DNA of 64,000 bases from the human T2T-CHM13v2.0 reference genome, Homo sapiens, in NCBI RefSeq assembly GCF_009914755.1, contig NC_060925.1. The stretch is one strand, 5' to 3'. How positions within the stretch are numbered: position 1 is the first letter of the stretch; every line of letters starts with the position of its first letter. The position numbers and the translations under genes were made by a program. The notes under the pieces are model-generated. The model made no database searches and was not told the origin of the DNA. It saw only the letters and a list, made by a program, of their open reading frames with translations. Positions 1 through 12,274 of the stretch are shown here, piece after piece.

Positions 1-479
1 AAAATAATCCAGGAAAAAGGCTTAACACTGAGCATATCTAATAGCCAGTGCCTCCCAAATAATAGTTGTATTATTGCATTCCTTTGAACTATCCCAGTCT
101 TCACTATATAATAAGAGACCTTGGATGCTCAAGCTGCTAGATGAAATAACTACATTTTTTTGGCATATTGGTGGTGCTAATATTTGTTCTGTTACTTTTT
201 TCCCCTTTCTGTAGCTCTCTTCATTATTTTCACATGGCAAACATAAACTTCTTCTGATAAACAAAAAAACTAGTAAATTTCATTATAGTTCTGTTTAATA
301 CATTTATTTTTAAAATTAGTGTGTCTGTTTTAATTTAGATATTCATTTTGAATATAGCCCTTGAAACTCTTAGTTTAATTTAAATATTTGTATTACATGG
401 CAAGACCCATAGACAATATTCAATACATTGTTTTCAAAGATATCCGCTTTACTAAGTCCCTTCTCTTCTTTAAGTTTTT

Positions 480-852
480 GTTCAAATCTTACCTTCTTAA
501 CAAAGCTTAATCTGATCATCCTATTCTGCAAGCTTCTACCTTCTCCTACACCTACCACTCCCCAGTCCCAGGAACTTTCACCCTCCCCTACTCCTGCCAC
601 ATCCCCCCAGCACACACACACATTGGCATCCCTGAACCCACTTTATTCTGCTCAATTTTTTTTCTACAGCACTTATCACTGTCTAATATACTGCATACTT
701 TTTATTGTTTATTGTATGTTTCCACATGGGTAAGGGTTTTTGTCTCTCTCTGTTTCTCTTCATTAATACTTTCAAGTGACTAGAATAGTGCCAGGGACAC
801 AGTAAGAGTTCAGTAAGTACAATAAGTATTGGTTGAATGTTTGTTGAATGAA
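480..852 (+). mobile_element. L2 LINE 3' fragment
   Basis: Degenerate L2 3' end: 'ctagaatagtgccagggacacagtaag...ttgttgaatgaa' tail. Confidence 0.6.
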
Positions 853-910
853 GATACTGGCATATTTATTAAGCTAGATGTTCTTAAATTATCAAATGAT
901 TATCTTCTTC

Positions 911-989
911 TTCTTTTTAGAAACTGGGTCTTGCTCTGTCATCCAGGCTGATCATAGCTCACTGTAACCTTGAACTTCTGGGCTCAAGA
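911..989 (-). mobile_element. Alu (J-like) monomer fragment, followed by TA-rich microsatellite (991-1031)
   Basis: 'gggtcttgctctgtcatccaggctg..atcatagctcactgtaaccttgaacttctgggctcaag' is the reverse Alu arm with an internal deletion. Confidence 0.8.
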
Positions 990-1399
990 AGATATATATA
1001 TATATATGTGCATATGATATATGATATATGTAGAGAGAGACAAATCCCTGAGCCATTAACCTCTATTTGTCTTCCTGCTAAGCCTAACTAAACTTTAGTA
1101 GTGACTATTTTTGTATGTATGTATATATATACACACATTATACATATATAATATGCATATAAAGGCACATCCATATACATACGTAAGAAGGTTATATTTT
1201 TTAATGGTGCAATAACTTTTAAATCTCTCAAACAGCATAGTATTTTTTTCCTCTTTTCTATTTTGAGGGAATGTTTATTTCTAAAGAAATAGCTATTTCA
1301 TCACATATCCCACAGAGTAATGAGTTCTCTAGGATTTCTCTGCTTTTACCTAAATTAAACTTGTTAGTTGCTGCTTAGCCCTGACTGGATTCATTTGAT

Positions 1400-1640
1400 T
1401 GATTGATTCGTGAGCATTCATGTAATTAACTTATTCACGTCCCATTATTTGTCAGGCATTGTGCTAGGTTCTGCTTATAGACGACGAAAGGACAAAGTTC
1501 CTTCCTTTAAAGAATCTAATCTAGGGGAAGTAACAGACAAGTTTAAACCGCGATTATAATGCAGTGTAAGTGCCTCATTATAGCTGACAACAGGATGCTA
1601 AAGGAACACAAGCAGTTAGGAGATACTAATAGTCTGTAAG
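1400..1640 (-). mobile_element. L2 fragment
   Basis: 'cattcat...ttgtcaggcattgtgctaggttctg...taagtgcc' matches the reverse L2 3' end. Confidence 0.55.
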
Positions 1641-1883
1641 TAATCTAGACCACTGCCAAGTTCACCCTGAGACAGTCAGGTTTTCAGGATAGGACCATCC
1701 ATTTTGTCTGCTCTGAGATGGTAATTGCTTGTGGTCAGAAACAGAGGGAGCAAAATATATCATTATTATTATTACTATTAATATATTTTAATAACAATGA
1801 TGGTAAGGAAAAGACAGTTTACAGAATAAGAAATTCAATCTTACTCATAATTGAAGTAATGCAAATTAAAATAATAATGCAAT

Positions 1884-2045
1884 AGATTCATTCAATTATT
1901 GAGCACCTACTGTGTGCCAGGCATTGTTAAAGGTGCTGGGGGTATAGTAGGGACTAAAGCTGACGAAATCATAGTTCTTAAAGAGCTTGTATTCTAGTTG
2001 GGGAGACATAAAGTCAACAATTGAATAAATAATAGGTAAGTGCAT
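1884..2045 (-). mobile_element. L2 fragment, interrupted by HERV16; appears to resume at ~5084-5160
   Basis: 'attcattcaattattgagcacctactgtgtgccaggcattgtt' is a typical reverse L2 terminus. Confidence 0.75.
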
Positions 2046-2049
2046 GAGC

Positions 2050-4609
2050 TTATAAGTTGAGTCCTGGTTGAAGCTCCGTTTACTGGGGGGTCTGCTGGGC
2101 CCATGAATCCAGATAGAGGTCATTTTCGTAGTCCCCAGTTATAAAATTGAGATCAACATACATGAAAATTGGAGAAAATCAATGGGATGGACAACAATAT
2201 TACAGTTTTGCTCCAGGCTACGTTAACTATCCTAATCATTTGTCATAAAATATTCTGAAAAAGAGAGCTGCACAATCCAGACTTCCCTCAAAACACTATG
2301 ACATTGATAAATTCATGCTGATCAGGCAAAAAAACAAGAGGTGGTTAGCATGCTGGAGACCTTGGTCAGATACATACACTCTAGAATGTGGAAAATAAAC
2401 TCTATCAAGATTCAGGGATCTGCCACTTCAATAAAGTTTTTGGGGTCCAGTGGTCATAGATGTCCTGGGATTACCTCCAAAGCAAGAGACATAGCACTAC
2501 ATCTTACCTTCTCTACTCATTAGGAAGCACAGAGTCTGATGAGCCTTTTGGGTTCTGCACTTTTTGAGAAATAGCTCTTGATGTGTGTAACTGTGCCCTG
2601 GCAGACATGGAATGTGTGACCATGGGATGCCAGGTACCCGGAACTACCCATTATGAGTTGAGTTATTTTGGCGCTGCCATATCATACAGTCAGACATTCC
2701 CAGCAATAGTCCATTAAAAGATGAAACTGGTACATTCAGTATCCAGCCCAAACAGCACCAGAGGGCCAAGTAAATTTCATGAGCAGGTGACCCAGGACCT
2801 CATGACCACAGCTACACCAGCACCTCTCCCTCAGTTGGCACCTATGCCATGCAGGGATCCCTACATGATCAGCTTAAACAGAAGGAAAATGCCTAAGCTT
2901 AGGTTATAGACAGATGAGCTTGGCATGTGGGAGCAAGTAAAAAATGGATAGCAGCTTCCTTACTGCTACCATCAGAGACGAACTTGAAAGACAACAAAGA
3001 AAGTAAATTTTCCCAATGGGCAGAGCTGCCAAGCAGTGTACTTGAATACCCACTTTGTGAAGACAGAGAATGGCCCCAAATGGGAATATATATTAGTCAT
3101 CTATTGCTGCATTACAAATTACTTTAAAATGTAGGGGGTTGAAATAACACATGACTCACTGTTCCTGTGGGTTAGAAATCCAGGTGTGGCTTGGCTGGAC
3201 CCCCCAGCTCAGGGGCTTTCACAAGGCTGCAACCAAGATGTTGGCTGAGCTGGAGCCATCTCCAGGCTCAACTGAGGGAGACGATCTGAAACCAAGCTCT
3301 CTCATGTGATTGTTAATGGGATTCAGTGTCTCACATGATGTTAGACTGAGCGACTTGGTTCCTTGCTGTCTGTTGGCCAGAGGCCTCCTTCAATTGCTTA
3401 CCACATGGGTCTCTATAGGAGAGCTTGCTATATGGCAGCTGGTTTCTATGACAGTAAGCAAGTAAGAGAATAAAAGAGGATAAGCAAGATGGAACCAAAG
3501 CCATTTTGTAACTAATCTCAGAAGTGATGTCCCATTACCTTTGCTTTGTTCTATTTGTTAGAAGTAAGTCACTAGGTCCAGTCCACACTCAAGGGTAGGG
3601 GATTACATAAGGACACCAATACTAGTAAGAGAAGATTATTTCTTTTTCATTATTTGATAGACATATTTATTTTCTATTGCTTCATTTTTGTTTCTCCCCG
3701 TAAGAGAAGATTATTAGGAGCCAGATTAGAAACTGTCTACCACAAAACAGATTCCTGGGCAATGACCAGTAGCAGTGGCCCATTAAAACATTGGAATGGC
3801 CTACTGAACATGCAGCTCAAGTGCCAATTTGGTGGCAATATCCTACAGATGGAGTGCCATCCTTCAGGACACAGGACGTCTTTATGAGACTGCATCCCCT
3901 CTCTGAAGAATACAAAAGGTGGAACAGGAGTAGTCTCACTCACCATTACTCTGAATGACTCATTCTGGTAATTTTGGACTCTTCAGGATTCGAAGTTCTG
4001 TTCCCCAAAGGAAGCACTCTCTTACTTCCTTTGAAGTAAGGGGACAGAGCAAAGACTTCCACTGAAGTACAAGGTGCAGCTTCTACCTGCACACTTTGGA
4101 ACCTTTGTGTCCAGAGGCAAGTAGGTAAGAAGTGCCCCCATCTTGGCAGGAGTAATTAATCCTGATCAGCAAGAGAAATGGAGCTGCTTTTAGACAATGG
4201 GGGCAGGGATGAGCCCAGGTTATCCACTTGGGGACCTGTTGATAATCCCTCACTCAATTATAAGTGTGAAAGGTCACAGACAGCAGTCCTGGTATAGGAA
4301 GGCTATGAACACCAACAGCTCAGATCTCTCAGAGAAGAGGGTTAGGGTTAACCACCAGGAGAGCCACCAACGCCTGTTGAAGTAAAGGTTGAGGGTAAGA
4401 GAGACTTAGCCTGGATAGTAGAGGAAGGAGAGGGTGAGTGTCACTTTGGCTCTAAGACTAACTGCGGAGATGGGACTATGGGACTATAGTTTGTCCCACT
4501 AACCTCCTTTTTCTAAGATTCTCTTCAGGAAGACAGGACTATGGGAACCATGGTAGAGCTGCTCCTTGAACTTGTGTGGAGAAGGGGATCTGTGAGGTGA
4601 AGGCTAGAC
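2050..4609 (+). mobile_element. ERVL-class (HERV16-like) internal pol remnant: RT, RNase H, integrase
   Basis: Translated fragments WKINSIKIQGSATSIKFLG (ERVL RT), KFSQWAEL and TDSWA (RNase H) and WNGLLNMQL (integrase). Runs directly into an LTR16-type LTR. Heavily frameshifted. Confidence 0.75.
3089..3744 (-). mobile_element. MaLR LTR (MLT1F/G-like) inserted in the ERVL RNase H region
   Basis: Starts 'tattagtcatctattgctgcattacaaattac' and ends 'gtctaccaca'; the ERVL 'TDSWA' sequence resumes immediately after it. Confidence 0.75.
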
Positions 4610-5083
4610 TGTGGTGACCATGAAAGTGTGTTGCTCAGATCTCCCTTCTGGATAACCAGGTGCAAGGAGGTAGGCAGCCAACAGCCTCCAGCTGCTGCAT
4701 CTTTGAATACATCCAAGCATTCACTTCAAGGTCACAGTCTACCTAGGCTGGTCCAAGCCAGTGATTGAAATGGGAAGTACTACAGCTGGGTCATTTATGC
4801 CTAACATGACACTCCTCTGATGAATAATCTCAGCTCTGGAGCTCTCTACTGGCCTGGCTGAGACTTGTGGCAAGTTGCAGTGCAGTCTGAGGTTCCTTCT
4901 TCACAATTCTCCTTCCCCTTCTCTCCTTCCACGGAGGTCAGACCTGCATCACAGTCTGAAGGCTCTTCCCACCTATACCTGCTCCCTTGCCCCTGTATCC
5001 TTCATGGGCTTTGTCCCCAGTAGATCTTATGCGTGTCTAATTCCTTTTTGGCGACTGCTTCTTGGAGGACACAAAATGACCCA
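4610..5083 (+). mobile_element. LTR16A-like 3' LTR
   Basis: Starts 'tgtggtgaccatg...gctcagatctcccttc', includes 'acagcctccagctg' and ends 'ctgcttcttggaggac..tgaccca'; preceded by a purine-rich PPT-like tract. Confidence 0.75.
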
Positions 5084-6159
5084 GAGCAGAGGGACCTTAT
5101 TTCTTGGAGTCGAAGATAAAATTCCAGAAAAAAGTATCTTCAATGTAGACAGATTCTAACTTAGCATGTAAATGTCCCAATTATACAAATCCAGACTGTA
5201 GAGTAACTTTTGGAGAATAGATTTATACATTAACAAACACTGTGAATTCTTGTTGCTATGGTCAATTGGACACTGTGACCAAGCAGGTAACTCCTCAGAT
5301 GGATAGATGAGTACTTAAAGGATTGAAAGTGGGGGTTGCCTACTGCGTCAATTCCTGTAAGACAGTCTTGATCAATGCCAAGACTTTGGAAATCCTGAAT
5401 ACTAAAGGCAAAACTGTAACTCCATTTAAGCTCCATGATCAGAATGAGAAATAAGTAAATATCAAATGAGTCAGAACGCTCTCCTCCTTTGCACGAGCTA
5501 GTCTGCAGTACTCTGCAGGACGTTTTTCTGATTAAAGGGCTTAAGCAATTTATTTTAACAAAAGTGGTCAGTAAGCTTTCCAGCAATCAAAGTTGAAAGT
5601 TAAGTAAAAGATACCCTTGGAAATTCTTGGCTTGGTCTCTTATTTATCACTCAGAACTTTCTTGATACAAAAAACCATTTGATATTTTCAGTGTTTCCTC
5701 CCACACTACTCCACCCTCTGCATTTTTCAAAGAAATTTAATAGAACTGCTGTGGCTTTTTGGTTTCAGAGGCAATTGAAATAATATGTAAGATAGATAGA
5801 CAATTAGGGGATAAATGTATAAGAAGTCAAGTCCTACTTCCGTCTATTATGACTGAAGCTTGTGCAAAACAAACATCTCATATCACAGCATGTTTATTAA
5901 ACATCTGAAAGATCTTGCCTTGGATTTTTTTTATAGAATTAGAGAAGTTTTTAGTCTTTTTTTTCTAAGAAACTGACTAGTTTAGTCACCAAAACCTGAT
6001 TGAACCCTAAGTTCTTTCAAATGTCAGTGCCTCCATTAAGGCTAGGGAATGCTCTGGCTTTATTTTGATTAAAAATTTAAAGAGCAGATGAGCAGTAGCA
6101 TTAAAAAAAAAAGACAAGAAAGAATGTAGGCAAATGTTTTAAAGTTATAAAAATAACAG

Positions 6160-6335
6160 TTAATAGTTACTGAACACCTAGTATGGGCAGGTTTATAGAG
6201 ATTATCCCATTTATTCCAAAAAAGAACGCTGTAAGACAGGGTGTCATTATTATCCCCACTATCCAAATAAGAAAACCAAGATTTAGAGACGCTAAGCAAT
6301 GTGCCCAACCTGTCACACAGTCAGTTCCACATGAT
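6160..6335 (-). mobile_element. MIR SINE
   Basis: MIR core 'attattatccccact...gaaaaccaagatttagagacgctaagcaatgtgccca..gtcacacag'. Confidence 0.65.
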
Positions 6336-6342
6336 TCTAGGG

Positions 6343-6550
6343 CAGGAGTTGGCAAACCCTTCTATAAAGAACCAGATGTAATATTTTCAGCTGTGCAGGC
6401 CTTACAGTCTCTGGGTCTTCATTGCAACTACCAACTCTGTTGTCGTATCGTGAAAGCAGCCATCAATGATAACATAAATGAATGAGCATGACTGTGGTCC
6501 AGTAAGACTTAATTTACAAAAACAGGCCAGCTAGATTTGGTTAGTGGGCC
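6343..6550. mobile_element. MER58A-like hAT-Charlie DNA transposon
   Basis: 'caggagttggcaaac...atgaatgagcatgactgtggtccagtaagactt..tttacaaaaacaggc'. Confidence 0.75.
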
Positions 6551-8176
6551 TAATCACTGTGAATGTTTCTCGTTCTTAGGTGGCACCATGTTTTAAATTG
6601 CAAAGCACATAAGTTACTTTCAAAGTAAGTGTATTTTAAATCCTACAGAGAAATTCTAACCGAGTTGAATCTAACTAAGCTACAAAACTTATTCATTCAG
6701 CAAATATCAGTCAAGTGCTTATTGCTGGGATGTTGGCAATATGGTGGTCACAGAAACCTTAATGGAGTCTAATGTGGGAAAAAAGACAAGTAAATAGAGA
6801 GTTATTGTTTCCATACACTGTGATAAGTGCTATATTATGGGGCAGGGATTGGGATACCAAGAAAACATAGCAAAAGGGCAACAAACCTGGCCTGGGCAAT
6901 TAGGAGGCCTCTGGCAGTACAGGCCAATGGTCCTTTGCCAACTCTCTGCTCCCACCACCCAGCTCCACTCTCCAGGAGCAAAGGTTAAACAGCAACAGCT
7001 GGAGCATGGCTTCAGCTTGCTGTCCGGTCTCCATGGGCTTCAAGCTCAGGCCCTTTACAGTCTCATGAACCAGGGCCTGCCAATGTCACCTGGAGATCTG
7101 TTCAAATAAATCACCAGTTCGTTTTTAAGGGTCTTGTTTTCTCTAGCTTTGCCTTGAATCCTGACCCTCTCTAAGAGGCCATAGTGCTCAAACTCAGTTG
7201 TCATCTACTCACCCAAAGAGCAGCATGTAGAGCAAGTGGGTAAGCCTGGATTAACCTACCAGGGGTTCTGAAATCTGGCTGTCTATGAGCTACTTACTTG
7301 AATAGCATTCTAGAACTCTGAGCCTAGCGATTTAGAAAGTACTTGTTGAGTGGATGAGAATCCAACTTTAAAACAAGCTCCACAAGTGTGTCTGGTGTGC
7401 ATGAACCATGTTTGGAAACTGCTGGCCGGGAGGATTTCTAAAGATGCATTTAGCCTTTCCAGCCAACTATTTATTGCCATGGCTACATTTACAAACATCT
7501 TACTAAGAAGGAAGGGAAAATTGAAATGGTTTTAGGGATGTTTACCATGACTTTTACCTTCCCATCACTACCATGTAAAGACAATGGTTTGTTTGATAGG
7601 CTGATGTGTGGGAGTCAACTTTGTTGCTCTAATATGTTGAAGAATGGTCAGGAGTTCCTCTTTGTTAGGTAACAGAACAAAAATGTGAATCTTGGATGGA
7701 TGATGCCTGTATGCTCAATTCAGGCATGCTTTACACAGTAAAAGAGCAGTAGCTGTGTATAAATTGAGCCTAGCAAAACACAGGAGAATTCTTCATGCCT
7801 TCAGGTTCAGGACAGGTGCTGGTTGGCAGTCTTCTTAGCCCCAGCGTTGGTTTAAACTAGTGTCCAGTAGGGTTACTGAGTTCCAGTTGGCAGATGTTAT
7901 AAGCAAAGGAAGGAAAAGGGTTTTTTTAAAAAAAAGGAACATACGAACATATAAGAGAGTGTGTTAGAACAAAGAAGAAAAGATATGTTGGAGTGGTAGA
8001 AAGTTTCCTATTTCTTGATTATGCTTTAAAAATTAGGTCAGTTTTTGGGTTTTGGGTTTTTTGTTACTCCAAAGACCTAGAATTCTCAGCTTCTATCACA
8101 AATCAGGGCATTTGGGTAGAAACAGAGCTACAAGATTAGCAGAAGGGTTTTCAACCTTAAAAAAAAAAAGTTTTGG

Positions 8177-8538
<362 letters not shown>

Positions 8539-8685
8539 TTAGACTGCAGAGATATTAATAAGATGGTCTGATGGGGCACTCTCAGAGATATCAAAGGATA
8601 TTAAGCTATCATTGTTCATATATAGAGCTGGTTTTTAGATTTTTTTTTTTTTAAAGATAGAAGCATTAGGAAGTCCTGAGTCTCA

Positions 8686-8980
8686 AGCTGGGCACAGTGG
8701 TTCACACCTGTAATCACCTGTCTGTAATCAAAGCACTTTGGGAGGCTGAGGCAGGCGGATCACTTTAGCCCAGGAGTTTGAGACCAGCCTGGGCAACATG
8801 GCAAAATCCCATCTCTACAAAAAATACAAAAATTAGCTGGGCATGGTGGCGTGTGTCTGTAGTCCCAGCTACTCAGGAGGCTGAGGTGGGAAGATCACCT
8901 GAGCCAAGGAGTTTGAGGCTACAGTGAGCTATGATTGTGCCACTGCACTCCAGCCTGGGTGACAGAGTGAGACCCTGTCT

Positions 8981-9012
<32 letters not shown>
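8686..9012 (+). mobile_element. Full-length AluJ-like
   Basis: Dimeric Alu with a long pure A-tail and a small internal duplication 'cacctgtaatcacctgtctgtaatc'. Confidence 0.95.
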
Positions 9013-9013
<1 letters not shown>

Positions 9014-10235
9014 ACTGTGTCCCAATTCTCTATTCACTGTAGTTCCTATTACTAGCATATTGGAAAAAAGTTCTCATCCTGTATGTTCCTTAATTTCTTT
9101 TTTATAAAATGTATCACCTGGCTTCCGGGCACTGCAAAGGGCCAGCTTACTTTACCTAACAAATACAACTTAAGCGTCTTCGTGCTATCCAGCCTGTGGG
9201 TGTAACTCCCCATAGCTATGACCCCAAAATTGTTACTGTGGCCTTTATGAATACTGCAAAGGAAAACAGGCCTGCTTCTAACCAGTTTCGACACAGCAGG
9301 AACTTTCCCAAATAGTACATTGGCTGTGGAGCAGAGTGCACTTTTTCATTTTACTTTGGAATGTATTTTTATTCTAACATTGAATATGGGTTCTCTAAAA
9401 CGCTGGGAATTCAAATGGACTTTAAATAAAATAGTGTTGCCATTCTCGGAAGATCTTGTTCCTAGGAAATTGGAAAGCAGGCCAACTTCTCATTCTTAAA
9501 GATGAGTTAAATATGCAGAGGGAGGGAGTAATGTCACAAAGAAACTGAAAGGCAGATTTGTCATGGATTTGGACGATCAACATTTGGCTGTACTGAATGA
9601 GACAGTTCAGACCTTATTTTCCCTCAGATCATGCTCCCTTCCACATTACTGCTCAAGGTAAAAGCAAATGCCTACTTTTACCATTTTAAATTTATTATAA
9701 AAAGTATATGTAAGGAGTATTTTAAATATATTATGAAAGTTACTTTTTGAAAGTACCAATTATTTTGTAGGTGGATCAGGTTCACCATTAGTATGGAAGA
9801 GAAAAAAAATAGAGGATTATACTACCCAAGTCTGACTGGGAAGGAGGAGGACCATTCTATTTTAGCATATAAAGAAGTTAATATTTTAATTTTCCTCTTT
9901 CCTTTTCTCTGCAATTCCCTCCTCCTTCTCCATCAAGGTAAATTTTCCATGATGGGATTGGCCTGACACAGTGATGGGAGGAAGAAAGGAAGAAGAATAG
10001 GCTAGTGTTTTGCTTTTCCCTAAGTCTAAGATCTTTATTGGAGGGAGGCAGATTGGTGACAGTCTCCATCAATTGCTGATGGGTTCTCCAAGGTATAGCT
10101 ACTGAAGGGAAAACAATTCAAACCCTCAGAAGCAAAGGGGCTAAGTAGTTTTTGAAAAATAGACACATCTCAGTAGCTTTGGATTATCTACACATTTTGT
10201 TGGTATATTGGTCAGTTAATAAAATGTTTCAAGTA

Positions 10236-10533
10236 GGCCGGATGCAGCGGCTCATGCCTGTAATTCCAGAGCTTTGGGAGGCCAAGGTTGGAGAAGTGCT
10301 TGAGGCCAGGAGTTTGAGACCAGCCTGGGCAACAGAGCAAAACCCTATCTCTACAAAAATAAAAATTTTAAAAAGCTAAGTGTGGTGGCACACAGTTGTA
10401 GTCCTAGCTACCCAGAAGGCTGAGGCAGAGAGATAATTTCAGCCCATGAGTTGGAGTTTATAGTGGGCTATGATCATGGCGCCGCATTCCAGCGTAGGCA
10501 ACAGAACAAGACCCTGTCTCTAAAAAAAAAAAA
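10236..10533 (+). mobile_element. Full-length AluJ-like
   Basis: Diverged dimeric Alu with A-tail. Confidence 0.95.
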
Positions 10534-11479
10534 TTATTATTAAATTTTAATTTTAACTTTAAGAAACTCTTTCAAGGAATATTTCTGCATACTGATAACA
10601 TACCCAATTCTAATTCTACTACTTACACAAAGCCATCAGACTGTTTGAGATTCATAAAATGAGATTCATGTAAACATGTCTTTTATGGAGAAGGAAAGAA
10701 TAACCCAGAGATACTCAGTGATTTTACCAAGGTTACACAATTAGTAGCCGGCAAATCAAAGGCTAAAATCCACACCTGGTGCACGTGTATGCATGTGTGT
10801 TTCTCACCACATCTAGGGAAGAAATGTCTTGAGAGACATTCTGAAACTCATTAAAAAGTTAACCTAATGGAGGTTGAAGTTGAGGATGTCTTAATTAGTT
10901 ATTAAATTTATTAAACGAAAGTCTCTGCTGAGGTCCCTCAGGATACATTCACATTAAAATATTTCAAGCCATATAAAATCCTGCTTTAATTACTAAGTAT
11001 GCATGCCAGCCTGGAAAGATGGGTTTTGGATCAACCCAACTGTCAATAAATACAAGCAAATGCTTAACAGCTCCAAGCATTAGGGCTTCTCCCCTGGTAT
11101 AACTCCTGTTCCTCCTTTGGTTTAGAGAAATGCACAAATGTGATTTCAGTGATCATTAGGAAAAGTACTAACATCTGATGCATGGGAGAATAACCTGGTA
11201 TTGATCAATTTACCCTTGTGAGGAATCAAAGTAGTGACTAACAACTTGTTATTAATCTGGCTAACATTCATCTATAGGTGTCAGACGACAGTGTCCTACT
11301 TTCTAGCTTCTTTGATCCTTTTGGCTAGGTTCACTATAATACTTCTCATGGTTTCCTTTTGTCCATTAACATGGTGGTTCCCAACAAGCAGCTGTGAAGA
11401 TCCTCCAGATGGTTAATCTCCAGCAGCATTAGTATTTCTGTGCAGTTAGTGGACAGCTGCTTATAGTATGAAGCAATAC

Positions 11480-11840
11480 TTTACTTGCTGTGCAATTCCA
11501 TGCCCCTTTGTCTGTGCTAGACCCTCTGCCTGGAATGCCCTGCCTCTCTTCTCTGACTTCCCTGACAAGTTTCTACTTCCAAGAGCATATTTAAATGTCA
11601 TCTCCTCTATGAGGTTTCTTCCTGACTCCCAAGAGGTGGCACTAATTTCTCCTTCCAGTATGTTCCATTGCATTTAACACACAATTTCTGTTACAGTACT
11701 TTTCAGATCATATCAAAATCACTAATTTAACTTGCTACCTTTCCAAGTAGAATGGAGCTCCATGAAGAAGTGACTGCATCTTTTCTTCTATGGCTAAAAG
11801 TGGCCTGAGTAGGCCTTTAGCCCATGTTGGTTGAATGCAT
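11480..11840 (+). mobile_element. L2 3' fragment
   Basis: 'ccctctgcctggaatgccct...aaatgtcatctcctctatgagg...tgttggttgaatg'. Confidence 0.7.
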
Positions 11841-12213
11841 ACTTATGCTTCATTGTTCTGTGACTCACTGAATAAGTATATTCATAGAATCTCTTTTCTG
11901 GCCTAAATTTCTGTGTTTATCCTTGGGCCGCACCTCTACACCCATTCCCACTCCAGTGCCCTGAGTAACCCCTTTAGGGGTTTGACTTGGGCTTTCACTA
12001 TACCTTGAGTCTTTCCCTCAAAGTCTTTCTATTCATTCTGTTGGGACTTTGATGAGCATTGCTCTTTTGGGCCAAAGGTTTCCCTAATCTGGTTCCAACT
12101 TTTTTTTACAGCATATTCCTGAAACAGCCTCCCTTCCTGCTAGTGCCCGCAAGTTGTTTGTTCTTTTAGTTTTTATTTCCCCAACTCCAGAGCAAAATAT
12201 TTCTGTACTTGTT

Positions 12214-12274
12214 TTTTCCTGTGATACAGTACTTTTCCTGTGATACAGTACTTTTCCTGTGATACAGTACTTTT
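12214..12274. repeat. Three exact tandem copies of the 19-mer TTTTCCTGTGATACAGTAC
   Basis: Read directly from the sequence. Confidence 0.95.
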
